Both the position numbers and the translations under genes were made by a program. Below are positions 37,454 through 50,225 of a stretch of 64,000 bases of DNA, one piece after another. The DNA is from Octopus vulgaris (taxonomy: Eukaryota). How positions within the stretch are numbered: the stretch's first letter is position 1; each line of letters opens with the position of its first letter. Below the pieces are notes generated by a model that saw nothing but the letters and a program-made list of their open reading frames with translations, did no database searches and was not told the origin of the DNA. The stretch spans positions 161,758,001 to 161,822,000 of the forward strand of contig OX597814.1 in the NCBI GenBank assembly GCA_951406725.2. The letters run 5' to 3'.

Positions 37454-40312
37454 ATATATATAAAGGTTATATTTCTAAATGCTGATTTCTTACTTGGAGA
37501 AACATGACCAGTATTTTTTGAAATGGTAAGGCATACAATGAACGGAATTAACCTTGATATATTATTGCAATTAATTATGTTCCCTTCAAAATCATAAGCA
37601 GCTTCCTGCAGAAAAGTGGAGAAAAAAATCCTCCCATTTTCATTCTCGGAACCGGACTTTCTGGTACCAATGAGTAATTCTCTTTGTTCCTTCTCATCCT
37701 CTCCTGTCTTTTCCCTGTTGTTATAGTGATTCCTCTTTTCTTCCATTTTGAGTTTTAATTCAATTTATTTTTTAGTCATTTTTTTTATATTTTGACTTTA
37801 ACATTTTTATTTTATTTCCATCGAAGCCCCAGTATTCTAGCCCTGGCTACCTATTTGATTAATTTCTTTTGTATTGCATTTTGTTAATAACAGCACTATT
37901 GGTTACAAGTTTCCAGTCACTGGTTTACTTTATATATGATGGTGGCAAGAGTGATAAGGGATTGTCTGTACAACTCAGGCAGAACACATATTAGAATGGA
38001 ATTTCATTGAAAAGAATTGGCTTATCAGTTTCCTTGCTGATGCTCATATGATGCTTCCACCAATATACATTGCCAAAAGTTATAAATACACATGTGTGTG
38101 TATGTGAGACAGAAAGAGAGAGAGAGAGGAGGGAAGGGAGAGAGAGAGAATATCTATGTGTATATTTATCCTCATTAACATCTATCTCATGCTGACATGC
38201 AATTAACAGTTCGACAACATCCAACAAGCAAAGGACTGCATTGAATTCCAGTGTTTTCACTGTCATGGCTTCTATAGCTGGATGCCCTTCCTAAAAGCAA
38301 CTGTTTGACAGGAGTGTACTGGGTAGTATTTTTGTGACACCACTACAAGCAATATCACATAGTAATTTGCACAAGGCCCTTCAAACCAAGTGAGAGTATA
38401 GTATTGAGGGAGGTAAAAATATGATAGCAGGATAGGAACAGGTGTCTTGCTAAAGAAGAAATACAGTTGTTCATTCAGGCATAGGTAAGAACAGACTGTG
38501 TGGCAGATTTTCTACAACCAGATTTTTTTCCCTGCTGTTAATCCTTAACCTGCTTTCCTCACCCATCAAAAGTTGAGTGAGACATTTTGCCCACTAGACA
38601 TTGTAAAAAAGACATTGTTTTTACTCAGGTAATATTGAGGACATATGGAATGATAAATATTCACACACACACACATGATGAGCTTTTTCTCAATTTCTTT
38701 CAACCAATTCCATTTACAAGGCATTGGTCGGTCCAAGGCCATAATAGAACACAATTGCCCAAAGTGACATGCATTGAGAGTGAGACCCAGAACATGTGAT
38801 TGCAAAACAAACTTTATAACACCACGACTGTGCCTGCTCCTCTGATGTTATTGTGACTACATACAACAGTATGGTAGCCAATGACATTTAAAAAAATTTT
38901 TAGCATCTTCAGTATTTGGTAAATAGCACAATTGTGAAATCTCTTCACAATTAATACGGAAGCTAATAAAAAACATGGGTATGAGGTCATTGTTAAACCC
39001 AGTATTTGACTGATTCTTATTTTATCTACTCTGCAAGGATAACAGCAAAAATGACCTAAGCTAGATTTGAACACAGAACATAGAGAAGTGTAAGTAAATA
39101 CTATGTTGTTGCATGCTCTACTAATTCACTGCCTTCCAATACTGCTAAATATTACTAACTATAACAGCTATAGTAAAGTGTAAGTTGAAACTAAGCTAAT
39201 GTCTTTCATTTACAATTCAATACCCAAGAAACATCATGCTGAAATATGTAGGCAAAGTACATTGGCTCCATTTGTAACATTTCAGTTTATAATCACTCAA
39301 GAAACTCCATTTCATGGTTGGATAACAGGAATTAGGAATGTCATCCAGCCATAAGAATTAGTAGTAATTCATGCAAAATGCCATAATTTCCGATGCTTAT
39401 AATTGGAAAGTGCACATATTTTTTTCCCCCTTTTTTAACAGAAAAGAAAAACAGAAAAGTCTAACAACTACTCAGAAATGAGAAACTTTGTTATTTTTTT
39501 TCATTTTTCTTAGTTTTTGCTATTTTAATATTTTAACATTTTTAAAAACAAAATCCATATTAGTGTGTGAACCTCTAGCTAACAAAAGAACCTGTAAGTG
39601 GTTGTTTGATCTGCTAGGATTAGAAGGAAAATTCCTTCAAAGTTCACTCTATCATCTTTGAAATGAATAAAGGTGCTGGAGAAAGTAATTTTGAATATAA
39701 TAATTCTAGAAAAAGACAGACTGGATGGTCACTGTTTGAATGCCAGTCCAACACACAGGAAGAAAACCAAACAGTAACTACTCTGCACCAGACAGATTTC
39801 AAATCTTTAAAAGATTTTTCAGTATGATACTGACACAAACATAATCAAACAGCACTATTTACCAATACTTCACAGGAATACATTACATTTCAGAATTCAT
39901 AACAATAACATCAATAATAAAAGTAGAAAGTAGCCCTTCTATCTCTTTTCTCAAAACTATAGCTCTCTAGAGAACACATTTTTAAAATTTCAAGCACATC
40001 ATAGACAAAAGTAATCTTTGTAAACAACACAAAAAATTCAAAAAAATAATGAAATACAATACAAGCAGCCTATAAGACAACTTTAAGAAACTAAAAGATG
40101 TTATCATCACACGTGACATTCATTTTGTACCAGAACAGGAAATACTTTTGCAAGTACAATGCAAAATTCAAATTCCTAATTACTATCCAATAAGCTGTGA
40201 TACAGTAAATACAGGAGGAGGCCTCATAATGAAATGCATAATATATACACCAACACACTGGGAAAGTAAGAATGCAAAACAAATTAATACACACACACAC
40301 AAACACATATAT

Positions 40313-40600
40313 GAAGGTACATGAACTAGTGATTAGGGTGTTAAAATCACCTGATCATGGGTTCAATTCCCAGGCCGAGTGGTGCATTGTGTTCTTGAGC
40401 AAAACACTTCATTTCACATTGCTCCAGTCGACTCAGCTGTAGATGGGTAACCCTGCAACAGACTAACATTCTGATCAGGAGAAATGTTGGCCTGCTTGCC
40501 TAGCCAGTGGGGTGGCATCATTTGAAAGCTAAACAATGCAAAGCACATTGTGACCAGCGATGCATAGCAACATTGGATTGTCTGGTTGATCATGTTTCAC
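40313..40600 (+). mobile_element. Family C (CORE-like) SINE
   Basis: tRNA-like head (tagtgattagggtg…gggttcaattccc), then ttgtgttcttgagcaaaacacttcatttcacattgctccag. Confidence 0.7.
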
Positions 40601-40622
40601 ACATACACACACATACAGAGAA

Positions 40623-40658
<36 letters not shown>

Positions 40659-41156
40659 CAATGCAGCCCTGTGGATCACCAGATCCTGTCAAATCACCTA
40701 ACCCATACCAGCATGGAAAATTGATGTTAAGTGACCCATGCAAGGTCCAACCAATGCTAGGTAGTCCAACCCATGCTAGCATGGAAAGCAGATGCTAAAT
40801 GGTGATGGGATGATGATGACAATGATGATACTTATGTATGTATGTATGTATGTATGTATGTATGTATGTATGTATGTATGCATGTATGTATGTATGTATG
40901 TATGTATGTATGTATGTATGTATGTATGTATGTATGTATGTATGTATGTATGCATGCATGCATGCATGCATGTATGCACTATGTATGTATGTTGACTGCT
41001 CATGAGTTCCTCCGCCCTTTGACAAGTCTTATTTTTCATCCTGCAGGGTGTCCAACAATCACTCTCCTCACCAAGCAAGTCTGATGGGGTTGCCAGTTTA
41101 GTCACCAATAACCTGACCATGCAACAGGTTGTACTGGATTACATGTTACCAGTAGC

Positions 41157-42228
41157 ACTCAAGAGTAACCTGATTCTTTCATCTACCTTGGAAGCTCTGG
41201 AAATCTGGACACAGAAATACATCTGTGAATTCAAAGGGCAGAACAAGTATTTGGTGGTTTAGAGTTATGCGTTTGGTGCCAATGACATGTAAATAACAAC
41301 ACAAAATTGGCTCTTTACAAATCATTTGTTTTGCCATCGCTGTTGTATTCTTCTGAAACATGAACATATTATGAAAGACATTTCAAATTGTTAGAACAAT
41401 TCCACCAAAAATGCCTTCATCACATTTTAAACATTAAATGGAGTTCTTTTACTCCAAACACAAATGTACTTGCATCTACAGGCATCACTTCAATTAAAAC
41501 AATGATTCTGAAAAGCCAAATGAGATAGTGTAGCCATATTGTTCAAATGGCAGATGAACACACACCCAAACAGTTGTTTTATGTTGAGCTTGCAGAGGGG
41601 AAATGCTATTGGTGTAAACCTGAAAAGAGGTTTAAGGATGGCATAAGGACTAACATGAAGTCACTTGGAATGGATCCAGAGGACATAGAAACCTTTGCTT
41701 CAGATCAAGCTGGATGGTGAACAAAAGTGTGGAGTAGAGTGAAAGCATTTGAAGAGACTAGGATAATGCATGCAAGACTCAAGATAGATTTAAAGAAGAA
41801 TGCTATAATTGAGAAAGTGAATCACAATAACCTTTTTGCATGTACAGTTTGTGACAGACCATGCCTTTCTTCTGCTAGGCTCAAATCTCATTTACGGACC
41901 CATGAGAAACAAACCTCCACCAACTATTCTGCCTATATGTCTGTGCACACCTTTTAATGTCATGTATGCCATAAGGTCTGCAAATCTAACAGAGGCCTCA
42001 AAAGACATTTTAAGACCCACAAAGATCAGAACTTAACTGTGGCTTTTGGTGGTCCAAATTGGACATGCAATCTATGTGGGTGTTTTTACAAAATATCGTC
42101 TGGTTTTAAAAGCCACATCAGATGCCATGATGGATCTAAGGTATAGGTACAGGAGGTGGTCAGACTCTGCATAAGGAGTAGACACCACCATGCATGCATG
42201 TATGTATGTATGAATGGACGTATGTATG
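41157..42228 (+). mobile_element. 5'-truncated RTE-clade LINE (second family) ending in three C2H2 fingers
   Basis: DSFIYLGS…LLYSSET*…LEQFHQKCL…PKQLFYVEL…KRFKD…, then three CxxC…HxxxH motifs. (TATG)-like tail; 15-bp TSD catgttac(c/a)agtagc at 41142-41156 and 42229-42243; several stops. Confidence 0.85.
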
Positions 42229-42382
42229 CATGTTACAAGTAGCCTAACCAACTGTTTGCCCAGGTCAGACACCATAACAAATCCTTCACAGTTAGATATG
42301 TAATACATATGATACAGACAGAACTGACCATCGAGGATACCTGAAAGAGTCAGTTCTAGAAAGATTTGGCAAAAATGTTAAG

Positions 42383-42608
42383 TTAACCCTTTTGATACCA
42401 ACCTGGCTGAAACTGCCTCTGGCTCTGTAGTACAAATGTCTTATTTTCAAAAGTTCTGATTTAAAATCTTCCACCAAACCTTAGTCACAATTTATGTTCC
42501 TAACACTAGCTTAATGATAAGTTATTTTACTAAATTCTATATTATTTTAAAAATTAATTGAAAGAAACACACAGCATCTCAAGAGAAATAAAGTGACAAA
42601 AGGGTTAA
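42383..42608. mobile_element. piggyBac-type MITE
   Basis: TTAA|CCCTTTTG … CAAAAGGG|TTAA; second copy at 62367-62594. Confidence 0.85.
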
Positions 42609-44615
42609 CATCTAAAAAAAACTAGGCATCACAGACAACATCACACAAAATTGAAATTAACAGACATATGCTATTTCACAAATTCATCCTGCCCATAGAG
42701 AAAGAAATGATAAGACATTGATAATTTGCAAACATTCTGTGATAGCTTTTCAGATTCAGGAAGTGTGAATTGTGAGAGTAAATATTTTACAACAGAAAGG
42801 AGGTATTGCCACTTAAGCAAAAAATTGAAACAGAGATGTTGTTTAGTTTCATGTCAACCGTCATTGGGCAGATTTATGATCAAAGGCATTCTAGCCAAGA
42901 CTATCATGCCATTTTTTTTTTTTGTTTGTTTTTCAGGAGTGGTGAACACGGGATTATATTTGTATTCGTGTCTTTAATTTGGTAGGATATGATTTGAAAG
43001 AGATTTAGCTGCTAAAACTAGCAGATCAAATAACTGCATAAAAGCCCCTACAGTGGTAGACAAGTAGAGTGGATGCCTTGCTAAAGGATATAATGCAGTC
43101 TTTGAGTTCAGTATTTTAACCACTGAGTAGCATTTGTTTAGGAACATACAGTGTTACATTTGGAGATCATAACTGAAGTATAGCTCGGTCAAAAAATATT
43201 TGGTTGATTATACTTTCTAGTAAAATTTAACAGATATATATTATGATAAAAAAAAGGCAAAAAAATTGCCATTGAAAAACAAAATGGTTCATATTTTGTC
43301 ATTAAAAAAATGCTTTCAGTGCTTCTTTTAAAATATGAAGTATGTTTATTTACACAAAGAATTTCAAGAATGATTAAAAAAGAAAAGAAAATCGAGAGGT
43401 GAATTGTGTATATCCTCATTATTTGACACTAATAGCTTCCTTTTGTTTCTGAAGTTGAAAATGAAAGTTAATTAATATTCAGAAATAGACAATTGAATAA
43501 TATTGATTTCTTACATAGGCACAATGCCTCTCATTTGTAGAATGAGTACAGAGATTGTATTATGTTCCTTGTATTAACATACACAAATTAAAGTAGGCAT
43601 CTATATTCAATAGACAACAACAATATGCTACACTACAAACGAGGGCAAACAATAAATAGTACATTCACCAAAATAACTGTCATGTGAAAGATACTGTAAC
43701 AAACTCTGAAACTTTTTTTTGTGAAAAATAATAGAAAAATTTGAGAAAACTATCCAGACAGGATTAGGGAAGAAAATAATGTGTCTTCATTCAGTCTCCG
43801 GATTTGAGAAGAAAATAATGTCTTTTCATCTGTCCAAATATTGCAAATATATCCAAATATTGCTATAAGACACAAAAAACATTAAGAATCTACTGATAGA
43901 GGTGAAACATGTGGAAGATACAGATAGAAACTATTCTAATATTAAAAGAAACATTAAGAATAGTCAAAGAGAAGACAGGGAAAAAAGAGAAAGAAAACAT
44001 TTACACATTACAATAAATAGCATAACAAGACAGCATCTATTCCACACAGGGCCATTAACATAGATTGAATGTATCAAGCACACTGATGCGAAACAATGTC
44101 ACATGTACCTAAGATAGAAACAGATGAATGAGTTGCAGAAGAAAGATGTACTGGAAAGAGAGATAGTAGTAGCAGTAGTAGTAATAATAATGATAATTCT
44201 TTCTAACTTTGGCAGAAGGAATGCAATTTTTTGAGAGGTCAGGGGAAATCAATTACATTGTCTCCAGTGTTCAGTTGGTACTTTATTTTATGGACCCTGA
44301 AAGGATGGAAGCAAAGTTAACCTCAGTGGGATATGAGCTATAAGTATAACGAATTGAAAGAAGTGCCATAAGCATTTTGTCTGATATGCTCGTGATTCTT
44401 CCAGCTCAGTGCCTTAATAACAATAAAAATAATGATAATAATAATACTAACCTTTTCTGCTCCAGGCACAAGGCCTGAAATCTGGGGCAGGGTTATAGTT
44501 GATTACACTGACCCCAGTACTCAACTGGTACTTATTTTATCATCTCCAAAAGGATGAAAGGCAAAGTCAACCTCAATGGAATTTGAACTCAGAATGTAAA
44601 TATATATATATATAT

Positions 44616-45782
44616 ATCATCATCATCATCCATCATCATTATCGTTTAACATCCGTTTTCCATGCTAGCATGGGTTGGACGGTTTGACAGGGGTCTGGGA
44701 AGCCAGGAGGCTGCACCAGGCTCCAGTCTGATCTGGCAGTGTTTCTACAGCTGGATGCCCTTCCTAACGCCAACCACTCCGTGAGTGTAGTGGGTGCTTT
44801 TTACGTACCACCAGCACAGGTGCCAGGGGAGGCTGCCAACGGTCATGCATGATCGGTTGGTGCTTTTTATGTGCCATCCGCATGGATATCACAACTACAA
44901 TTTCCATTTGATTTTTATTTTGATGTTGATGTGCTTGACTCAGTAGGTCTCATCAAGCATAGCAGGTCACCCTACAATCAAAAGTAAGCACAGAAGGCTG
45001 TCCTGTGATCCAAGGTACTTTGGATGGGCTGGGGCTGCTATGTGAAGCTAGTGCAAGAAACAGCCATGAACTCACATTATTTGTCAGGTTTTCGCAGTCA
45101 CAGCATATCTCCAAAAGTCTTGGTCTTTCGTCATTGCCTCTGTGAGGCCCAATGTTCAAAGGTCATGCTTGACCACCTCATCCCATGTCTTCCTGGGTCT
45201 ACCTCTACTCCAGATTCCTTCAACTGTTTGGTAGTAGCACTTCTTCACACATCTCTCCTCATCCATCTGTAGTACATGACCATACCAGCACAAATGTCTC
45301 TCCTGCACGCCATATCCAATGCTTCTTATATCCAGCATTTCTCTCGGGGCACTTACACTCTGTCATGTGTGCACACTGACATTACACATCCAGTGGATTA
45401 TGCTAGCTTCATTTCTTTCAAGTCTACGCATGTCCTCAGCAGTCAGAGCTCATATTTCACTACTATGAAGCATGAGAGTTCGCACATATGTGTCGTACAA
45501 TCTACCTTTCACTTTGAGCGAAAGACCCTTTGTCACCAGTATGGGTAAAGCTTTCTAAACTTTGCCCAGGCTATTCTTATTCTAGTGGTGACACTGTCTA
45601 AGCACCCACCTCCACTACTAACTTGGTCACCTAGGTAGCAGAAACTATCAACTACTTCTAGTTTCTCCCCTTGGAGTGAGATGGAATCTGTTTTCTGAGT
45701 ATCTGTGGTGTCTATTGCCCCTGTGCATCTACCGCACACAAAAGGTATCTTCTCGGTTAGTTTTCCTTTGATGTTGCTGCAC

Positions 45783-45786
<4 letters not shown>
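44616..45786 (-). mobile_element. 5'-truncated RTE LINE (decayed)
   Basis: (GAT)n tail, 3'UTR, RGRPRKTWDEVVKHDL, WYGHV, EVVDSFCYLGDQV; truncated inside the Cys-rich insert (…FVCGRC) at a (CT)n(AT)n tract. Confidence 0.88.
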
Positions 45787-45852
<66 letters not shown>

Positions 45853-45856
<4 letters not shown>

Positions 45857-46292
45857 TCATCATCATCATCATTTTTAGCGTCCGTTTTCCATGCTAGCAT
45901 GGGTTGGACGGTTCAACTGGGGTCTGGGGAGCCCGAAGGCTGCACCAGGCCAGTCAGATCTGGCAGTGTTTCTACAGCTGGATGCCCTTCCTAACGCCAA
46001 CCACTCCGAGAGTGTAGTGGGTGATTTTATGTGCCACCGACACAGGTGCCAGACGAGGCTGGCGAACGGCCACGCTCGGATGGTGTTTTTTATGTGCCAC
46101 CGACACAGGTGCCAGATGAGGCTGGCGAACGGCCACGATCGGATGGTGTTTGTTACGTGCCCACAGCACGGAGGCCAGTCGATGCGGTACTGGCTACGGC
46201 CACGTTCGGATGGTTTTCTTGTGTGCCACCGGCACTGGTACCACAAAGATACAAATTCCATTGATGTTCATCTATTTTGATTTGTTTTGATT
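45853..46292 (-). mobile_element. RTE LINE 3'UTR fragment
   Basis: (ATC)n plus four ~62-bp modules; flanked by (TA)n. Confidence 0.85.
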
Positions 46293-46296
46293 TATA

Positions 46297-46337
<41 letters not shown>

Positions 46338-46363
46338 ATAATAATATTAATAATAATAATAAT

Positions 46364-46364
<1 letters not shown>

Positions 46365-46396
<32 letters not shown>

Positions 46397-47926
46397 TATC
46401 ATCATTTAGTGTCCGCTTTCCATGCTAGCATGGGTTAGACAGTTCAGCTGGGGTCTGGGAAGCCAGAAGGCTGCACCAGGCCCAGTCTGATCTGGCAATG
46501 TTTCTACGGCTGGATGCCCTTCCTAACGCCAACCACTCCGTGAGTGTAGTAGGTGCATTTTACATGCCACCAGCACAGCTGCCAGACGGGGTTGGCAAAC
46601 GGCCATGGTCGGATGGTGCTTTTTACGTGCCACCGGCACTGGGGCCAGGTGAGGCTGGCAACGGCCATGATCAGATGGTGCTTTTTACATGCCACCGACA
46701 CGGGGGCCAGGCGAGGCTGGCAACGGCCACGATCGGATGGTGCTTCTTACGTGCCACCAGCACGGAGGCCCGTCGGGGCAGCACTGGCAATGGCCACATT
46801 TGGATGGTTTGCTTACGTGCCATCAGCACTGGTATCACAGCTACAATTTCCATTGATGTTGATCGATTTCGATTTTGATTCTGATTCTCACTTGCCTCAA
46901 CAGGTCTCCACAAGTAGAGTTTTGTGTCCCAAGAAGGAAAGGTATGCATAAGTGGACTGGCTACATCCCAGGTAGAGGCCATGGGTTATGGTCTCACTTG
47001 TCCTGCTGGGTCTTCTCAGGCACAGCATACTTCCATAGGTCTCAGTCTCTAGTCATTTCCTCGGTGAGACCTAAAGTTCGAAGGTCATGCTTCACCACCT
47101 CGTCCCAGGTTTTCCTGGGTCTACTTCTTCCACAGGTTCCCTCAACCGCTAGGGTGTGGCACTTTTTCACACAACTATCTTCATCCATTCTCGTCACATG
47201 ACCATACCAGCGCAAACATCTCTCTTGCATGCCACAACTGATGCTTCTTAGGTCCAACTTTTCTCTCAAGGTTGACTATTATGCTGCTACACCAGTCATT
47301 GGGAATGACTCCTTCATGTATCACCTAGTTAACTATACGGGTGACTAGGCTAAAGCCGATACTACCAGATATTTTCAGCATCTCTGCAGTAATTTCTGAT
47401 GGGCCTGGGGCTTTTCCTGTTTTCATGCTTCTAATTGCCTTAACTACCAAGGAACTGTCAACTCGGATAGCTGGTCCCTCTGTTGGGTCGACATTTGGCA
47501 GACTCTCTTTATCCCATTCATTTTCTTCATTCAGCAACCTTTCATAGTGACGTCTCCAAACCTCTCTCTTTGCATCCTCATTTAGCGCAAGTGATCCATC
47601 ATCTATGCGAACACATTTCTCTCCTACCACATCACGATTCTCTCTCACACACTGTCTTGCAACCCAAAATACCTCAAGTCTTTCATCCTCATGGCACAGA
47701 ACATTGGCAAATTTTTTCTTATCTGCTTCCCCTCTGGCTAAATACACCTGCCTCCTAGCTTGCCTTCTGACAGTCTGATACACTTCCCTGCTACCACCAT
47801 TCTTCCAGTCCTTCCAAGCCTGTTTCTTTAGTCTAATAGCTCTGTCAACAATATTGTTCCACCACTACGTTATTTTGGGTCTTGAGGGGACTTTGCACCA
47901 ACTACAGATCTGGTCAGTGGCTCTCA
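46365..47926 (-). mobile_element. RTE LINE with internal deletion of the RT core
   Basis: ORF 47325-47783 (…MKTGKAPGPSEITAEMLK…) continues to IPNDWCSSIIVN and jumps at ~47271 to LREKLDLRSIS…WYGHV…KTWDEVVKHDL. Confidence 0.88.
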
Positions 47927-48210
47927 ATAATAATAATAACCTTTTCTACTATAGGAACAAAGCCTGAAATTTGGGGGAGGGGACTAGTCAATTATATTGA
48001 CCCCACTTTTTTAGTGTTAATAAAATAAGTAACAGATAAGTACTGGGGTCAATGTAATTGACTTCTCCCTCCATTCAAGAAACTGTTGGTGCCAAGTCAA
48101 ATTTAAAATTATTATTATTATATATATATATATATATCCATTTCAATTCACATCTATGTGCGTTAACTTCAGAATTCCAAGCAACAATGTAACCTTCATG
48201 TAATTAAGGT

Positions 48211-48306
48211 ATTCTCAGCCTGATGATTAGCTAAGTTGAGCACTCCTCATTGAATAATTATTACATCAGTGGGTCAGCTAGCTAAGAAACATAAGTAGCC
48301 TAGATT
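48211..48306 (+). ncRNA. Type I hammerhead motif with long helix II
   Basis: attctcagc-CTGATGA-TTAGCTA…TAGCTAA-GAA-AC ataa GT-A-gcctagatt: canonical core, 7-bp helix II base with further pairing, GUA site, imperfect helix I. Confidence 0.65.
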
Positions 48307-48329
48307 TTACCTGTTCCACTCCCTCAATT

Positions 48330-48374
<45 letters not shown>

Positions 48375-48412
48375 CAAATGAAAGACAGAAGATGGAATAT
48401 ATGACAATTTAT

Positions 48413-48528
48413 TATTAATCATGACAATCGTTTCGACACATCTAGTGTCAATTCCTCTTGGATGGGACACTCAACAACTGGTTCAAGAGCTTCTGGCGGT
48501 GCAGATGTATCTCGCCAGGTGATAAATA
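48413..48528 (-). ncRNA. Type I hammerhead motif (A6G variant) with long helix II
   Basis: Minus strand: tatttatcac-CTGGCGA-GATACATCT…AGATGTGTC-GAA-ACGATTGT-C-atgattaata; 9-bp helix II base, GUC site. Confidence 0.65.
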
Positions 48529-49918
48529 GATACAACTTTGTTAAAATGACTGTTCCACAATGTAACTTTCCGTTTTGTAGAGAGAAAAGCAGCCAGACGG
48601 AGGAAATATCTTCATTTATATAGAAGACCTAAAATGAAATCACAGATGACAAAAAGAGAAATCAACATGCAACCCAGCGAGAAAAGTATATATATATTTT
48701 GTGCATGTGTGTATATAACTGTAATAGTCATAAATGAATGTTACTATCATGTAAGCAGTTTCATTACTTTTCCAATTTTCCATGGAAGCATCTCTAGTCA
48801 TAGGAAATATTACATTGCTTGGAAACAGATGAGAGTTGGCAACAGGAAGGGCATCCAACTTTAGGAAATCCACCTCAATAAATTCCATCAGACCCGTGGA
48901 AATGTGGATCTTGAAAGACGATGATGATAATGATGAGTACATGGCTTAAATTATACAGCAAACAGAAAGTATGACTGTGTAATGTTTGTGACTTTCTCAG
49001 GGACATGACAACAATAAAAGTACATTTTTCTTCTTACTTCTATTTAAAAAAACCTAGAGTAAGTACTGTTTCAGGCCAAGTGAACCAATTCATAATATAT
49101 GTCATCCAAGGTCAAGCATTACTTATTTACAAATGTCCTTCATTTATTCCTCAATCACTACCTCTCCAGGGAGATAATTTGGAATTAATGAAGAAAACGT
49201 GCGAGAAAGAAGAAATATAAAGAGTGAGAAAAATGTTGATGATAAAAAGGAAAAACAAAATAGAAGTATAAATGAAAAGCTGATGCAGAACAGGCAGGAA
49301 GAAGACAGGATACAGTTATTTGTAAAGTTCCTCTTGGCTTGCTGCCAAAAAAAGAAGTGAACTTAAGAAAGATAATACAAATCTAAATAACAAAGAAAAA
49401 ACAGCTTATAAACTTCTACATAGTAGGTCAAATATATACAGATATGTCAGCAGTAAACATAATAACAAAAATGACCGACTTATAAGCTTTTAATGTTTTG
49501 GAAGTGTTCAGGGTTTTCAGTTTTCAGCTGGGTAAATAATACTAAGAATCAACACTTAGTTAATCAATTCCTTCCTTGTACTTCAAAACATGTAATATGT
49601 CTGCACTTAAAACTTACTCCAACAAAGCTAGTTTCCTCTTTACTAAAAATTAATAATAGAATCCAGTCAGCAAATAACCAAATTTTGTTAAATTATGGAA
49701 ACAATAAAAGCTTACAACATATTTTGAACTCATGGGCCGCTTAAAAGGTCAAATGAATGTCTTTTATTTAGGAGTTTTGCAAATATTGATATATGCATTA
49801 CAAGCCTTTTGAACTTTCCGTTATTACAACAAAAAGTTATAATTTGTAAAAAAAATAAGCATGTTGAGAATGATCAATATAAAAAAATTCTATTACTAAT
49901 ATTGATATATAAACTACA

Positions 49919-49934
49919 TCTCTCTCTCTCTCTA

Positions 49935-50025
<91 letters not shown>

Positions 50026-50125
50026 CACACACATGTACATACATACATACATACATAAATGCATGCATGCATACATACTTACATACATGCACACATACAT
50101 ACATACATACATAAATGCATGCATG

Positions 50126-50167
<42 letters not shown>

Positions 50168-50225
50168 TACATACATACATACATACATACATACATACAT
50201 ACATACATACATACATACATACATA
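49919..50225. repeat. Compound (CT)n/(TA)n/(CATA)n/(CA)n microsatellite
   Basis: Direct inspection. Confidence 0.95.

Noticed and set aside
37375-37746. 123-aa minus ORF with good ATG context and a possible 112-nt exon (37494-37605, ctgcag|…|gtaaga)
   Set aside because: No recognisable protein motif, its open frame is out of phase with the ankyrin frame, and a hAT-like terminus (cagggctagaa, minus strand, ~37845) suggests transposon origin. A UTR exon cannot be excluded without RNA data.
40185-40250. Hammerhead-like CTGTGA…GAAATGCATA
   Set aside because: The core is one nucleotide short and helices I and II do not pair convincingly.
44080-44105. CTGATGCGAAACAATGTC (and CTGATGA…GAAA at ~53178)
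   Set aside because: No helix II or valid helix I/III; consistent with chance.
46552-46830. CRISPR-like array of palindromic repeats with spacers (also 46020-46240 and 61310-61545)
   Set aside because: The 'spacers' are homologous to each other, the array lies within a LINE 3'UTR in eukaryotic DNA, and there are no cas genes; it is a minisatellite.
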